Positions 19,249 to 29,168 are shown, counted from the stretch's first letter. The stretch: DNA of 64,000 nucleotides from Bacteroidota bacterium (GCA_016718805.1 JADKCP010000004.1:403652-467651); one strand, 5' to 3'. Numbers and translations: made by a program. Notes: generated by a model from the sequence alone, not told the origin.

Positions 19249-20325
19249 TTAAAATAATTCGGTTTGACCGTTTAGCGGCGGTCGTTTAAACAAGGTAAAA
19301 TCCTGTGCTGGCATTGATCGTCCGGCCAGGTGAAGCTTTACGGAAAGGCTAAACAGTTGCTTGATGCTTTCGGCAATTTTTCCTTCGCCGCGCATACGTA
19401 TTCCGGGGCGTGAATCGTTTACCTTGCCACCGTGGCAGGCCTCAATGTGATTCCATATTTTATCGGCAGCATCGGGTTTATTTTTATACAGCCAATCGCG
19501 AAAAATGCTTGCTATTTCGCCGTTTAAGCGTACAATGGTATAGCCGGCGGTAGCGGCACCGCAATCGGCTGCGGCTTTAACTATATCGGGAATTTCGTCG
19601 CTGTTTAATCCGGGAATGATGGGAGCTACCATTACTCCAACCGGCACCTTGTTTTGGGCGAGGGTTTCAATTACTTGCAATCGCTTTTTGCTGGTAGCGG
19701 TGCGGGGTTCCATACTGCTGCGAAGTTCTTCGCGTAAGCTGGTAACCGAAATCATTACGCGCAGTAAATTTAGTTGCGCGAGCTCGGTAAGTATATCCAA
19801 ATCGCGTAGCAGCAGCGAATTTTTTGTAATAATGCCTACGGGGTTTTTGTATTCGAGACAGGTTTGGAGCAGGCTTCGGGTTATCTTATAGGTTCGTTCG
19901 AGGGGTTGGTAGCAATCGGTATTTCCTGAAAAGGAAATGCACTCAACTCGATACTTGGGGTGATTAAAATGCTTGCGCAACAATTCGGAAGCAGTGGGTT
20001 TTACCATAATTTTGCGTTCAAAATCGAGGCCTGCGCTAAAGCCATAATAGTTGTGGGTATTTCGCGCATAGCAATACACACAGCCGTGTTCGCAGCCCTG
20101 GTAGGGGTTTGCGCTGCTCATCATGCCTACATCGGGACTGGTAATTTTGTTTACCAGGGTTTTAGGATAGTCCATGTACACTTCTGTTTTTTCGTCGCCG
20201 ATGAGTGGTTCATCAAGGCCTTCGATGTGTTCGGCCAGTACCTGGTATTTTAAGAAGCGGTTAGCCGTGTGAATTTGTGCGCCTCTGCCTTTAAGATAGG
20301 AACTATCGGGTAGGTTTTTCGGCAT
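19249..20325 (-). CDS. Radical SAM protein of the COG1533/SplB-like (DNA repair photolyase-like) type. It is the first gene of the operon.
   Basis: CEHGCVYCYARNTH is a CxxxCxxC motif. 358 aa. Translationally coupled to the dinB-like gene. Confidence 0.7.
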   Translation of the reverse strand: MPKNLPDSSYLKGRGAQIHTANRFLKYQVLAEHIEGLDEPLIGDEKTEVYMDYPKTLVNKITSPDVGMMSSANPYQGCEHGCVYCYARNTHNYYGFSAGLDFERKIMVKPTASELLRKHFNHPKYRVECISFSGNTDCYQPLERTYKITRSLLQTCLEYKNPVGIITKNSLLLRDLDILTELAQLNLLRVMISVTSLREELRSSMEPRTATSKKRLQVIETLAQNKVPVGVMVAPIIPGLNSDEIPDIVKAAADCGAATAGYTIVRLNGEIASIFRDWLYKNKPDAADKIWNHIEACHGGKVNDSRPGIRMRGEGKIAESIKQLFSLSVKLHLAGRSMPAQDFTLFKRPPLNGQTELF

Positions 20326-20345
20326 TTTTTAAACTTTTATAATGT

Positions 20346-20382
20346 TTGTATTACAATCATTTTTGTGATTACAATATAATCA
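20346..20382. promoter_or_regulatory. Candidate operator region of the LexA-like repressor, in the divergent intergenic region.
   Basis: Inverted repeats TTGTA-T-TACAA (20346-20356) and TGATTA-CAATA-TAATCA (20366-20382). ATTACAAT occurs twice as a direct repeat, 25-60 bp upstream of the radical SAM start codon. Confidence 0.3.
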
Positions 20383-20836
20383 TTTATATTTGCAGCAAGA
20401 AAAAATTTTACCACAAAGTTTGCACAGGACAAAAGCACCAATAAGAAAGTTTTTTAGTTCTAGTTGATTAGTAGTCGGCTCTTCGCCTTTGTAAATTTTG
20501 TGGTTTAATTTTTTTTCTCTGAAATGCGTAGATGAGCCGATTATTGGTGAGAATTATATAGAACGCTGATTTGATTAAGATGATTATGATTTTTTAGGAT
20601 TTATTTTCTTGGGAAAAGGGTCTAGAAATTACGGAAAACAGCAAATGTAGATTTCGTGTATTTCAATTGATTTTAAAAAGAGAATAAATGGAATTGAGGT
20701 AATCGATTGTGTTTGGTAATGCTGCAGTTTTAACCCCTGAAAAATTGACTGAACATAAGTTTGTGTTAACAGTGTTTATTACTTGTGCAAAGGATTTAAA
20801 AATTTTAAAAACCTACTAATTTAAACCTCAAAAGCT

Positions 20837-21478
20837 ATGTATTTCAGCAACAACATTAAACTTCTGCGTCAGCGCAAACAGCGTACACAGGATGTGGTGG
20901 CAGGAGAACTCGGAATGAGTCGCTCAACCTTTAACAGCTATGAAAATGGATTAATTACCAATCCAACCATAGATGCACTTATTGGCTTTTCGAGCTATTT
21001 TAAATTGTCGATTGATACTCTTGTAAAAGTGGACTTAAGTAAACTGTCGGAAAGTAAAATGCGGGAGCTTGAACAAGGGCACGATGATTTTATAAAAGGC
21101 ACCAAATTGAGGGTGTTGGCAACTACTGTAGACAGTAAAAACCGCGACAACATTGAATTGGTTCCGGTAAAAGCGAAAGCGGGTTATACAGCCGGTTATA
21201 ACGATCCTGAGTACATTAGTTCATTACCTACTTTTCAGTTACCCTTTTTATCGCCCGACCGCAAATACCGCACATTTCAGATAAGTGGCGACAGCATGTT
21301 ACCCATACCCGATAAAAGTTATGTAACCGCCGAGTTTGTGGATAATTGGATGAACGTAAAAGATGGCAATGCTTACATAGTGCTTACACAGGACGATGGG
21401 GTAGTTTTTAAAGTGCTTTACAATCAGCTTCGCAGCAAAAAAAAAGTTGTTGTTGAAATCACTCAACGCTGCTTATGA
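20837..21478 (+). CDS. Non-canonical LexA-like repressor (HTH_XRE plus S24 peptidase). The frame is broken in an A9 tract, and the C-terminal part continues in the next ORF.
   Basis: The N-terminal LRQRKQRTQDVVAGELGMSRSTFNSYENG is an XRE-type HTH. ISGDSMLP contains the catalytic Ser and VFKVL the catalytic Lys. The ORF ends 13 codons after the A9 tract at 21437-21445. Confidence 0.7.
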   Translation: MYFSNNIKLLRQRKQRTQDVVAGELGMSRSTFNSYENGLITNPTIDALIGFSSYFKLSIDTLVKVDLSKLSESKMRELEQGHDDFIKGTKLRVLATTVDSKNRDNIELVPVKAKAGYTAGYNDPEYISSLPTFQLPFLSPDRKYRTFQISGDSMLPIPDKSYVTAEFVDNWMNVKDGNAYIVLTQDDGVVFKVLYNQLRSKKKVVVEITQRCL

Positions 21479-21656
21479 GCCCTATGAATTAAATTTGAAT
21501 GAAGTACGTGAAATTTGGAAATTTATTAATTACATCAGCCACGAATTGCCCGAGCCCGAAGGCAATAAAGACGAACTGCTGAATACAGTTAACCAACTTC
21601 AAAAAGAGGTAACAAAAATATCGAACAAATTAAAAAAGGGGACTGTAATTAAATGA
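21447..21656 (+). CDS. Probable C-terminal continuation of the LexA-like S24 domain, read in the +1 frame.
   Basis: The frame reads KKKLLLKSLNAAYEPYELNLNEVREIWKFINYI. The AYEP and I-x-Y-I pattern resembles the beta-strands that follow the catalytic Lys in LexA/UmuD. Removing one A from the A9 tract fuses it to 20837..21478, giving ~272 aa. Confidence 0.5.
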   Translation: MLLKSLNAAYEPYELNLNEVREIWKFINYISHELPEPEGNKDELLNTVNQLQKEVTKISNKLKKGTVIK

Positions 21657-21782
21657 GTCGCTATATGTGTAAACAAGCAACTCATCTGCGTTTCAAACAC
21701 AAGCGAGTTGCTACTTAAACACTATTAAACCCTTAATAAAAAATTGAATACTGACAGATCTGCTCCTGGGTCAGGATTAGTT

Positions 21783-24722
21783 CTATAACTTCACTTTCAA
21801 CTCAACCATTTCGTAGCCCTCAATAATATCGCCCGGTTGTATGTCGTTAAAATTATTGATGTTCAAACCGCACTCATAGCCTGTTGTAACTTCTTTTACA
21901 TCGTCTTTGAAGCGCTTTAATGAGCCTAATTCGCCGGTATGAATTACTATACCATCTCGAATAACCCGCACTTTGGTATTGCGTGTAACTTTTCCGTCGA
22001 GTACCATACAACCCGCAATGGTTCCCACTTTGGTAATGTTGAATACTTCACGAATTTCGATATTGCATACCACCTTTTCTTCAAACTCAGGTGCCAACAT
22101 TCCCTGCATGGCCGATTTAATCTCGTTAATTGCATCGTAAATAATTGAATACAAGCGTATGTCAATTTGCTCTTGCTCGGCAAGTTTACGTGCATTTCCG
22201 GACGGACGTACCTGGAAACCAACAATAATAGCATTAGAAGCAGAAGCCAATAATACGTCTGATTCAGTTACCTGACCTACGGATTTGTGAATTACATTTA
22301 CTTGAATTTTATCGGTAGACAATTTCAACAACGAATCGGTTAAGGCTTCAATAGAACCATCCACGTCTCCTTTTACAATCACGTTTAGTTCTTTAAAATC
22401 ACCAATGGCCAATCGTCGTCCAATTTCGTCAAGCGTAATGTGCTTTTGCGTACGGTAACCTTGCTCACGTTGCAATTGCAAACGTTTGGTGGCTATTTCT
22501 CGTGCTTCGCGCTCGTCGTCCATTACTTTAAACTTATCACCCGCCGTTGGAGCACCGGTTAATCCTAATAATAATGCCGGCATAGAAGGGCCAGCTTCTT
22601 TGATGTTGCTACCACGTTCGTTAAATAAAGCTTTTACTCTACCGCTGTAGCAACCCGCTAATACAACATCTCCAATTTTAATTTTACCGGATTGTACCAA
22701 AACAGTAGTAATGTATCCGCGACCTTTATCGAGTGAAGATTCAATTACTGCACCGGTTCCATTTTTAGTTGGGTTTGCTTTTAAATCGAGCAATTCGGCT
22801 TCGAGCAACACTTTTTCGAGTAACAAATCGATGTTTGTTCCCTTTTTTGCACTAATTTCCTGACACTGATATTTACCTCCCCACTCTTCCACCAAAATAT
22901 TCATTTGCGATAATTCTTCACGAATTTTATCTGGATTAGCACCTGGCTTATCAATTTTATTAATGGCTATAATTATAGGTACACCTGCAGCCTGAGCGTG
23001 ATTAATAGCCTCTTTTGTTTGAGGCATTACATTGTCATCGGCAGCTACCACAATAATAACAATATCGGTAACTTGAGCACCACGTGCACGCATAGCGGTA
23101 AATGCTTCGTGACCCGGTGTATCTAAAAAGGCAATGCGTTTACCATTGTCTAATTGCACACTATAGGCACCAATGTGTTGTGTAATTCCTCCCGCTTCCC
23201 CAGCAATAACATTGGCTTTACGAATATAATCCAATAAAGATGTTTTACCGTGATCTACGTGTCCCATTACTGTAACAATAGGCGAACGGTACACTAAATC
23301 TTCCGGTCTATCAATATCTTCTTCAATAGCAACCTGTACATCAGCACTAACAAAATCAACTGTATAACCAAACTCTTCAGCAACAATGCTAATGGTTTCG
23401 GCATTTAAGCGTTGATTAATCGAAACAAACATTCCAAGACTCATACAGGTTGAAATGATGTTATTTACCGGAACATTCATCATGGAAGCAAGCTCATTTG
23501 CCGATACAAATTCGGTAACCTTAATGGTTTTCTTTTCCGATTCTTGCAATTCCATTTCTTCAGCACGCTGGGCGCTTCCTTCTTCTCGTTTGGTACGACG
23601 GTGTTTCGATGCTTTTGATTTACCCGCCCCACTTAATCGCGCTAATGTTTCCTTAATTTGTGCTTGTATTTCTTCTGGAGTTAACTCAGCTTTTACAAAT
23701 GGTTTTGGTCGTTCGCGGTTATCTTTCTTAAAATTACCTCCGGCATTTCCACCAAATTGTGGTCGTGGATTCGCAGGTAATACAGGTCGATTCGGTCCGG
23801 TATTCGGATCAAAACTATCGGTTGAAGAGGCGCCACCTTTGCGAATACGCTTTCTTTTCTTTTTCGATTTATCCAAATCAAATCCTGAAGAGGAAGCAAC
23901 GGGTTTTTTGCGATCGTCCTTAATTGGAAGTTCTATTTTTCCAAGAATGGTAGGACCTTCCAGTTTTTCGTAATTGGTTTTATGGTGTTCAATTTCGGGA
24001 GCTGCCGGTTTTTCTTCAACCGGAGCAGGTGGAGTCTCAACAACTACAGGAACTTCAGGAGTTTCAACAGGATCGGCAGCTTTCTTAGCGGATTTTTTCA
24101 CCGGTTTTTCTTCCGGAACTTCTTCCTCTTCAACTTTTTTCGTTGCCTTTTTAGTAGCCTTTTTCTCTGCTGCAGCGTCGGCTTCTTCTTTTTCCTTTTG
24201 AGCTTTTGTTTTCTTTACCGGTTTGGTTTTGCTGTTGATCGTCGATAAATCGAGTTTCCCTAAAACCTTAGGTCCTTCCAATTTCTCTTCGGATTTTACA
24301 CTTACCACTTCAGGCTCAGGAGTAGGCTCTACAGCTTTCTTGGTAGTTTTAGCTTTTGCTGCTTCTTTTGGTTTTTCAGCTTCCGTCGGTTTTTCCGGTT
24401 CTGCTTTCGCAACAACAGGTGCAACTTCAACCGGTTTTACCTCAACTTTTTTCACCACCACCGGAGCTTCAACAGCTTTTGGTTTTTCTTCAACAACTTC
24501 TTTTTTAGACTTAACAATGTCCAATTTTTTGGAATCGTCTTTTGCCTTTTTATCCGAAGCATATTCATTTAGCAACAAAGCATAGGCCTGTGCAGAAATT
24601 TTCACATTCGGATTTCTTTCAATTGTTTGGCCTTTACTAGCTAAAAATGCTATGGCATGATCGATACCGACGTTAAATTCCTTCAGTGCTTTGGATAATC
24701 TTATTTCTCCGTTTTCCGACAT
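21783..24722 (-). CDS. infB: Translation initiation factor IF-2.
   Basis: 979 aa with a Lys/Ala/Glu/Pro-rich N-terminal low-complexity region. GTPase motifs [16 protein letters not shown] and DTPGHEAF. Confidence 0.95.
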   Translation of the reverse strand: MSENGEIRLSKALKEFNVGIDHAIAFLASKGQTIERNPNVKISAQAYALLLNEYASDKKAKDDSKKLDIVKSKKEVVEEKPKAVEAPVVVKKVEVKPVEVAPVVAKAEPEKPTEAEKPKEAAKAKTTKKAVEPTPEPEVVSVKSEEKLEGPKVLGKLDLSTINSKTKPVKKTKAQKEKEEADAAAEKKATKKATKKVEEEEVPEEKPVKKSAKKAADPVETPEVPVVVETPPAPVEEKPAAPEIEHHKTNYEKLEGPTILGKIELPIKDDRKKPVASSSGFDLDKSKKKRKRIRKGGASSTDSFDPNTGPNRPVLPANPRPQFGGNAGGNFKKDNRERPKPFVKAELTPEEIQAQIKETLARLSGAGKSKASKHRRTKREEGSAQRAEEMELQESEKKTIKVTEFVSANELASMMNVPVNNIISTCMSLGMFVSINQRLNAETISIVAEEFGYTVDFVSADVQVAIEEDIDRPEDLVYRSPIVTVMGHVDHGKTSLLDYIRKANVIAGEAGGITQHIGAYSVQLDNGKRIAFLDTPGHEAFTAMRARGAQVTDIVIIVVAADDNVMPQTKEAINHAQAAGVPIIIAINKIDKPGANPDKIREELSQMNILVEEWGGKYQCQEISAKKGTNIDLLLEKVLLEAELLDLKANPTKNGTGAVIESSLDKGRGYITTVLVQSGKIKIGDVVLAGCYSGRVKALFNERGSNIKEAGPSMPALLLGLTGAPTAGDKFKVMDDEREAREIATKRLQLQREQGYRTQKHITLDEIGRRLAIGDFKELNVIVKGDVDGSIEALTDSLLKLSTDKIQVNVIHKSVGQVTESDVLLASASNAIIVGFQVRPSGNARKLAEQEQIDIRLYSIIYDAINEIKSAMQGMLAPEFEEKVVCNIEIREVFNITKVGTIAGCMVLDGKVTRNTKVRVIRDGIVIHTGELGSLKRFKDDVKEVTTGYECGLNINNFNDIQPGDIIEGYEMVELKVKL

Positions 24723-24772
24723 ATTCTGCGTTGCTCTATTTTATTCTAATTTAAAATTCTAAAAAATATTAT

Positions 24773-26023
24773 TTATTCGAATTCAGCTTGTAAAATTTCT
24801 TTTACTTCTTTGATTGTTTCTTCTTCTAAATCGGTACGTTTAACCAAATCGTCAGTAGTTAATTCAAGTACACTCTTTGCAGTGTCGCATCCTACAGCTT
24901 TTAATGCATCGAGTACCCATGCATCAATTTCATCTGCAAATTCTTCCAAATCCACGTCATCGGTATCCACATCACTATCGCGGTACACATCTATTTCGTA
25001 GCCGGTAAGTTTACCCGCTAATTTAATATTGTGACCCCCTTTTCCAATAGCCAAGCTTACCTGATCGGGTTTTAAAAACACTTCAGCACGTTTGCTTTCT
25101 TCATCAATTTTTACTGAAGTTATTTTAGCCGGGCTAAGAGCACGAGTAATAAACAAACTTGTATTCGTGGTAAAATTAATTACATCAATATTTTCATTTT
25201 TCAACTCACGCACTATACCATGAATACGTGAACCTTTCATACCTACACATGCACCAACCGGATCAATACGATCGTCGTACGATTCAACAGCCACTTTTGC
25301 TCTTTCGCCCGGTTCGCGTACAATCTTCTTAATGGTAATTAATCCGTCGAATACTTCAGGAACTTCCATTTCAAATAAGCGTTCGAGGAACACCGGAGAA
25401 ACACGTGAAAGCACAATTACCGGAGAGTTATTTTTCATTTCTACCTTCGATACAACGGCACGAACAGTATCTCCCTTTTTGTAGAAGTCAGAAGGTATTT
25501 GTTCTACTTTAGGTAGAATTAATTCATTTCCTTCATCATCAAGAATTAAAATTTCACGTTTCCAAATTTGGTAAACTTCGCCGGTAATAATATCTCCAAC
25601 ACGTTCTTGGTATTTTTTAAATATTCCGTCTTTTTCTAAATCCATGATACGAGAAGCAAGATTTTGACGAACTGCAAGTACAGCTCTTCTTCCAAAATCT
25701 TCTAATCGAACAGGTTGAGTAATGTCTTCACCAATTTCAAAATCAGCATCTATTTTTTGTGCATCGGTTAAACTGATGTGTTTATTTTCATCAAAATCGA
25801 AACTATCTTCGGCAAACTCATCGTCAACAATTTCACGGTTTTGCCAAATTTCGAGGTCACCCTTATCAATGTTTATGATGATATCGAAATTTTCGTCGGA
25901 GCCATATTTTTTTGACAATGCACTACGAAACACATCTTCCAAAATGCTCATCATAGTTGGTCTATCGATGTTTTTAAATTCTTTAAACTCTGAAAACGAC
26001 TCAATTAAATTTATACTTTCCAT
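24773..26023 (-). CDS. nusA: Transcription termination/antitermination factor NusA.
   Basis: 416 aa containing S1 and KH domains (GACVGMKGSRIHGIVREL, LAIGKGGHNIKLAGKLTG). Located between rimP and infB. Confidence 0.9.
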   Translation of the reverse strand: MESINLIESFSEFKEFKNIDRPTMMSILEDVFRSALSKKYGSDENFDIIINIDKGDLEIWQNREIVDDEFAEDSFDFDENKHISLTDAQKIDADFEIGEDITQPVRLEDFGRRAVLAVRQNLASRIMDLEKDGIFKKYQERVGDIITGEVYQIWKREILILDDEGNELILPKVEQIPSDFYKKGDTVRAVVSKVEMKNNSPVIVLSRVSPVFLERLFEMEVPEVFDGLITIKKIVREPGERAKVAVESYDDRIDPVGACVGMKGSRIHGIVRELKNENIDVINFTTNTSLFITRALSPAKITSVKIDEESKRAEVFLKPDQVSLAIGKGGHNIKLAGKLTGYEIDVYRDSDVDTDDVDLEEFADEIDAWVLDALKAVGCDTAKSVLELTTDDLVKRTDLEEETIKEVKEILQAEFE

Positions 26024-26035
26024 TGTTATTAATTT

Positions 26036-26494
26036 TTATTTAAACGAAATTGTTGCTTTAGTTTGCTTTATTTGATTGTAGTTAAATTGTACTATTTCTG
26101 TTGTTGCTATTTTTTTATTGCCTTTTGAAGCTAACTTCATTTCGAGTTCAAACTTAGTTTCATCGGAGGCAATGATTCGCCCGTTTATAATTTTATTTTC
26201 GGTCGTAATTACTTCCACATTTTTTCCCTCATACTTTTTATACTGATCGCGCACTTTAAAGGGAGCATCAGCACCGGGAGAGGAAACCTGTAAGTCAAAA
26301 TCTTCACTTTCTCTGTCGAGGCTAAACTCAATGTGTCTGCTAATTTTTACACAATCGTCAATTGAAAGTCCACGCACTGCATCAATGAGCACCATTATTT
26401 TATTTCCGGGTTTCACGCTCAGGTCGACCAGAAACAAATCGGTTCCCTCAATTTTTTCGTTTACTAATGTGTGTATTGTACTTTCGCTAATCAT
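26036..26494 (-). CDS. rimP: Ribosome maturation factor RimP.
   Basis: MISESTIHTLVNEKIEGTDLFLVDLSVKPGNKIMVLIDA... Start chosen at the internal Met, which is downstream of the leader hairpin. The longer ORF reaching 26602 overlaps that hairpin. Confidence 0.8.
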   Translation of the reverse strand: MISESTIHTLVNEKIEGTDLFLVDLSVKPGNKIMVLIDAVRGLSIDDCVKISRHIEFSLDRESEDFDLQVSSPGADAPFKVRDQYKKYEGKNVEVITTENKIINGRIIASDETKFELEMKLASKGNKKIATTEIVQFNYNQIKQTKATISFK

Positions 26495-26506
26495 TTTTTT
26501 CAAATA

Positions 26507-26533
26507 AAAGAGGGGACTATCTGTCCCCTCTTT
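26507..26533 (-). promoter_or_regulatory. Leader hairpin (terminator/attenuator-like) immediately 5' of rimP.
   Basis: 11-bp stem AAAGAGGGGAC / GTCCCCTCTTT with loop TATCT. On the minus strand it is followed by TTTATTTG, about 10 nt before the rimP ATG. Confidence 0.5.
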
Positions 26534-26706
26534 CAAATAATTCTGCATAAAATCGGCTGCAAATATAAAAAAAATTTCAATTGATACATAAAAAAATACC
26601 ACTCATCGAACTGTTAGTTAATTTTATATCCCTAAGATTTGGATAATTATATTATTTTTGTATCATTGAAAATTGAAAAAACTATTTTCAAACCAATCCT
26701 TTTTGT

Positions 26707-27045
26707 ATGATTTACGCTAAGATTGATTATCCCAGCCTAAAGAAGTCTACTTCATTTTTTACTTTAATTGCGCTTTTTTTATTGGTAGCATTAATTAGTT
26801 TAAGTCCGGTTGCTTTTGCACAAGCTACAGACTCTGCTGCTTCGGCTACTAACACTGAAGTGCAAAAAACTGATACAGCCTTCAACAATAAAACCATGAA
26901 AAGTGTTTTTAAGGAGTTGAAGCACATTACAAAAACCGGAAACGCTACCTTAAATTCTATTTTGATGATTTTGGGTGTTGTTTCGGTTGTAGCTATTGCC
27001 ATGTGGTTAAGCTTTCGAAACGATCCTGAAGAAGAGAGCGCTTAA
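26707..27045 (+). CDS. Hypothetical small membrane protein.
   Basis: N-terminal hydrophobic segment and a C-terminal transmembrane helix (ILMILGVVSVVAIAMWLSF). Confidence 0.45.
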   Translation: MIYAKIDYPSLKKSTSFFTLIALFLLVALISLSPVAFAQATDSAASATNTEVQKTDTAFNNKTMKSVFKELKHITKTGNATLNSILMILGVVSVVAIAMWLSFRNDPEEESA

Positions 27046-27049
27046 TAAC

Positions 27050-28753
27050 TTATTCTTCTCGTTCAATTTTTCCGCGTTTATAATAAACGGTTGAAATAAG
27101 CTTCCCATTTTTATCAAAGCTTTGCCATTTTCCATCCATCCTATCGTTTACAAATTGACCTTTTTGCCATACACCACCGTAATTGTACCAGGTTGTTTTT
27201 TTACCTTCTTGTAATCCTTTTTTGAAGTTTATTTCGGCAAATTTGTTTCCGTTCTCATAGTAAAAAGTCCAAGTACCTGTTTTGCGATTGTTTTCATAAG
27301 CGCCGGTTTCTTTAATTTTTCCGTCATCAAACCACTTGGCAGTTGGCCCATTGAGAATTCCCTTTTCATAACTTTCCTCCTTAACCTTTTGTCCATTTTC
27401 ATTCCAATTCGACCAAAATCCAGTTTTTACATTTTCTTTATATGCTCCGCTATAACTTTGCTTAGCATTGGGGTACCAACCTTTCCAATCGCCGTTCATT
27501 AAACCAGCTATAAAATCGCCTTCGTCCTTTAATTGACCATTTTGGTACCAGGCAATCCAGTGTCCTTCTTCTTTGTTATTTAAGTATTTTCCCTCCTGAA
27601 GTTTCTGTCCATTTTCAAAAAATGTGGTCCACAAACCATTTTTTAAGTCGTTTTCAAACTGTCCTATCTTCCAAACCTCACCGGTAGCGTAATAGTAGGT
27701 CCATGTGCTATCGTGTTTTCCATCTGTGTACCTTCCTTCAAACTCCTTTTTTCCATTGTCAAAAAAATAGGTCCAATGTCCACTTTGTTTGTCATCAATA
27801 AATTCGCCAATCATATCCTTACTTCCATCTTGTCGAAACCATTCCCATGTTCCGGTTTTATTGTTATTGGAATACTTCCCTTGCTTCATAATCTTACCAT
27901 TTTCGAAATAGTAGGTGCATTGCCCTTCCTTTTTGCCATCCACATAATTTAGCATGTATTCCAATTTACCATTTGGTAAATAATAAGTCCATTGTCCATT
28001 TTCTACACCGTTCTTGTAGTCGCCTTCAAATTTTTTATTAGCCCCTGGATAATACACGATATGATGACCGTTACCATTTAGTATAGTTTGCTTTCCATTC
28101 TCCTCCCAAAAGTTCGTTAAAAAATAGCTACCTCGTTGGTAATTGACTTCATCTTTAATTTTTCCGGACGCATAATAATTCGTCCATTTTCCTTCCATGG
28201 TATCGTTTAAAAAATTTCCTTCTTTCTCAATTTTTCCATTTTCATACCAAGCTGTGTACAAGCCATTTTGAAGGTTGTTTTTAAATATACCTTCATTTTG
28301 TTTTTGACCATTCTCAAAATAATAAGTCCATTTTCCTTCCTTTTTTTTCTTTTTATAAAACTCCTCGCTTTTCAATTTCCCGTTTTCGTACCACGACTTG
28401 CAAGTACTATCGAGCCAATTGAACTTATAAAAACATTCTTGCGCCTTTGTTCCGTTGTTGTAATAATAAGTCCATACCCCATTTTTATTTCCGAAAGTAT
28501 AATTTTCAATACCTTTTACTTTGCCGTCTTCGTAGTAACGTGTTAAGCTTCCTTCTTCCTTACCACCTTTATAATTCACTTCTTTGGCAACTTTACCGTT
28601 TTGGTACCAGTAGGTAGATTTTCCCTCTTGAATTCCATTTTTAAAATTCTCTTCACTTTTTTTATTTCCATTTTCCCAGTTTTGAATTTGCGGCTGAGCC
28701 AATAGTAAGTCTACGTGAACTATAATTAAAAAGATAAAAAATAGCTTTTTCAT
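27050..28753 (-). CDS. MORN-variant (YwqK-like) repeat protein with a signal peptide.
   Basis: About 20 repeats of the G(K/Q)WTYYYENGK type. The N-terminus MKKLFFIFLIIVHVDLLLAQ looks like a signal peptide. Confidence 0.7.
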   Translation of the reverse strand: MKKLFFIFLIIVHVDLLLAQPQIQNWENGNKKSEENFKNGIQEGKSTYWYQNGKVAKEVNYKGGKEEGSLTRYYEDGKVKGIENYTFGNKNGVWTYYYNNGTKAQECFYKFNWLDSTCKSWYENGKLKSEEFYKKKKKEGKWTYYFENGQKQNEGIFKNNLQNGLYTAWYENGKIEKEGNFLNDTMEGKWTNYYASGKIKDEVNYQRGSYFLTNFWEENGKQTILNGNGHHIVYYPGANKKFEGDYKNGVENGQWTYYLPNGKLEYMLNYVDGKKEGQCTYYFENGKIMKQGKYSNNNKTGTWEWFRQDGSKDMIGEFIDDKQSGHWTYFFDNGKKEFEGRYTDGKHDSTWTYYYATGEVWKIGQFENDLKNGLWTTFFENGQKLQEGKYLNNKEEGHWIAWYQNGQLKDEGDFIAGLMNGDWKGWYPNAKQSYSGAYKENVKTGFWSNWNENGQKVKEESYEKGILNGPTAKWFDDGKIKETGAYENNRKTGTWTFYYENGNKFAEINFKKGLQEGKKTTWYNYGGVWQKGQFVNDRMDGKWQSFDKNGKLISTVYYKRGKIEREE

Positions 28754-28940
28754 GAATTAATTTAATGATTAAAATAGTTGGGCTAAAATACCTTTAATTA
28801 AAAAAGTTGTGCCGGCATTTGTCACATCAGTTATTACAAAAATATGAACAGGTAGAACAAACTGACGATTATCAGTTCAATGCGTGATTGCTATCATGTA
28901 CGTTTTAGTAGTGATAGAGCATCTTTGTAAGAAAAAAAAT

Positions 28941-29168
28941 ATGGAAAAGCACGATATCTTACACGAATTTCCTGAGAAGAAGGAAATGATACATGAACTA
29001 AAAATTAACAATGTTCATTTTCGAAAATTATTTGATGAATACCATGAAAACGATCATGCTATACATCGTATTGAAAGTGGCGCTGAGATTGCCAATGACG
29101 ACTTTTTAACTGAGTTGAGAAAGAAGCGTGTGACATTGAAAGATCAAATTTATTCGTATCTAAAATAG
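28941..29168 (+). CDS. DUF465 (YdcH-like) family small protein.
   Basis: MEKHDILHEFPEKKEMIHELKINNVHFRKLFDEYHENDHAIHRIE... matches the DUF465 pattern. Confidence 0.55.
   Translation: MEKHDILHEFPEKKEMIHELKINNVHFRKLFDEYHENDHAIHRIESGAEIANDDFLTELRKKRVTLKDQIYSYLK

Noticed and set aside
23455-24585. Plus-strand ORFs (75-172 aa) antisense to infB.
   Set aside because: They lie in the Lys/Ala/Glu/Pro-rich low-complexity N-terminal region of IF-2, and their translations are low-complexity artefacts.
26495-26602. Extended RimP N-terminus (ORF to 26602).
   Set aside because: The extension reads through the leader hairpin and encodes a non-conserved hydrophobic peptide. The conserved RimP sequence begins at the Met at 26494.
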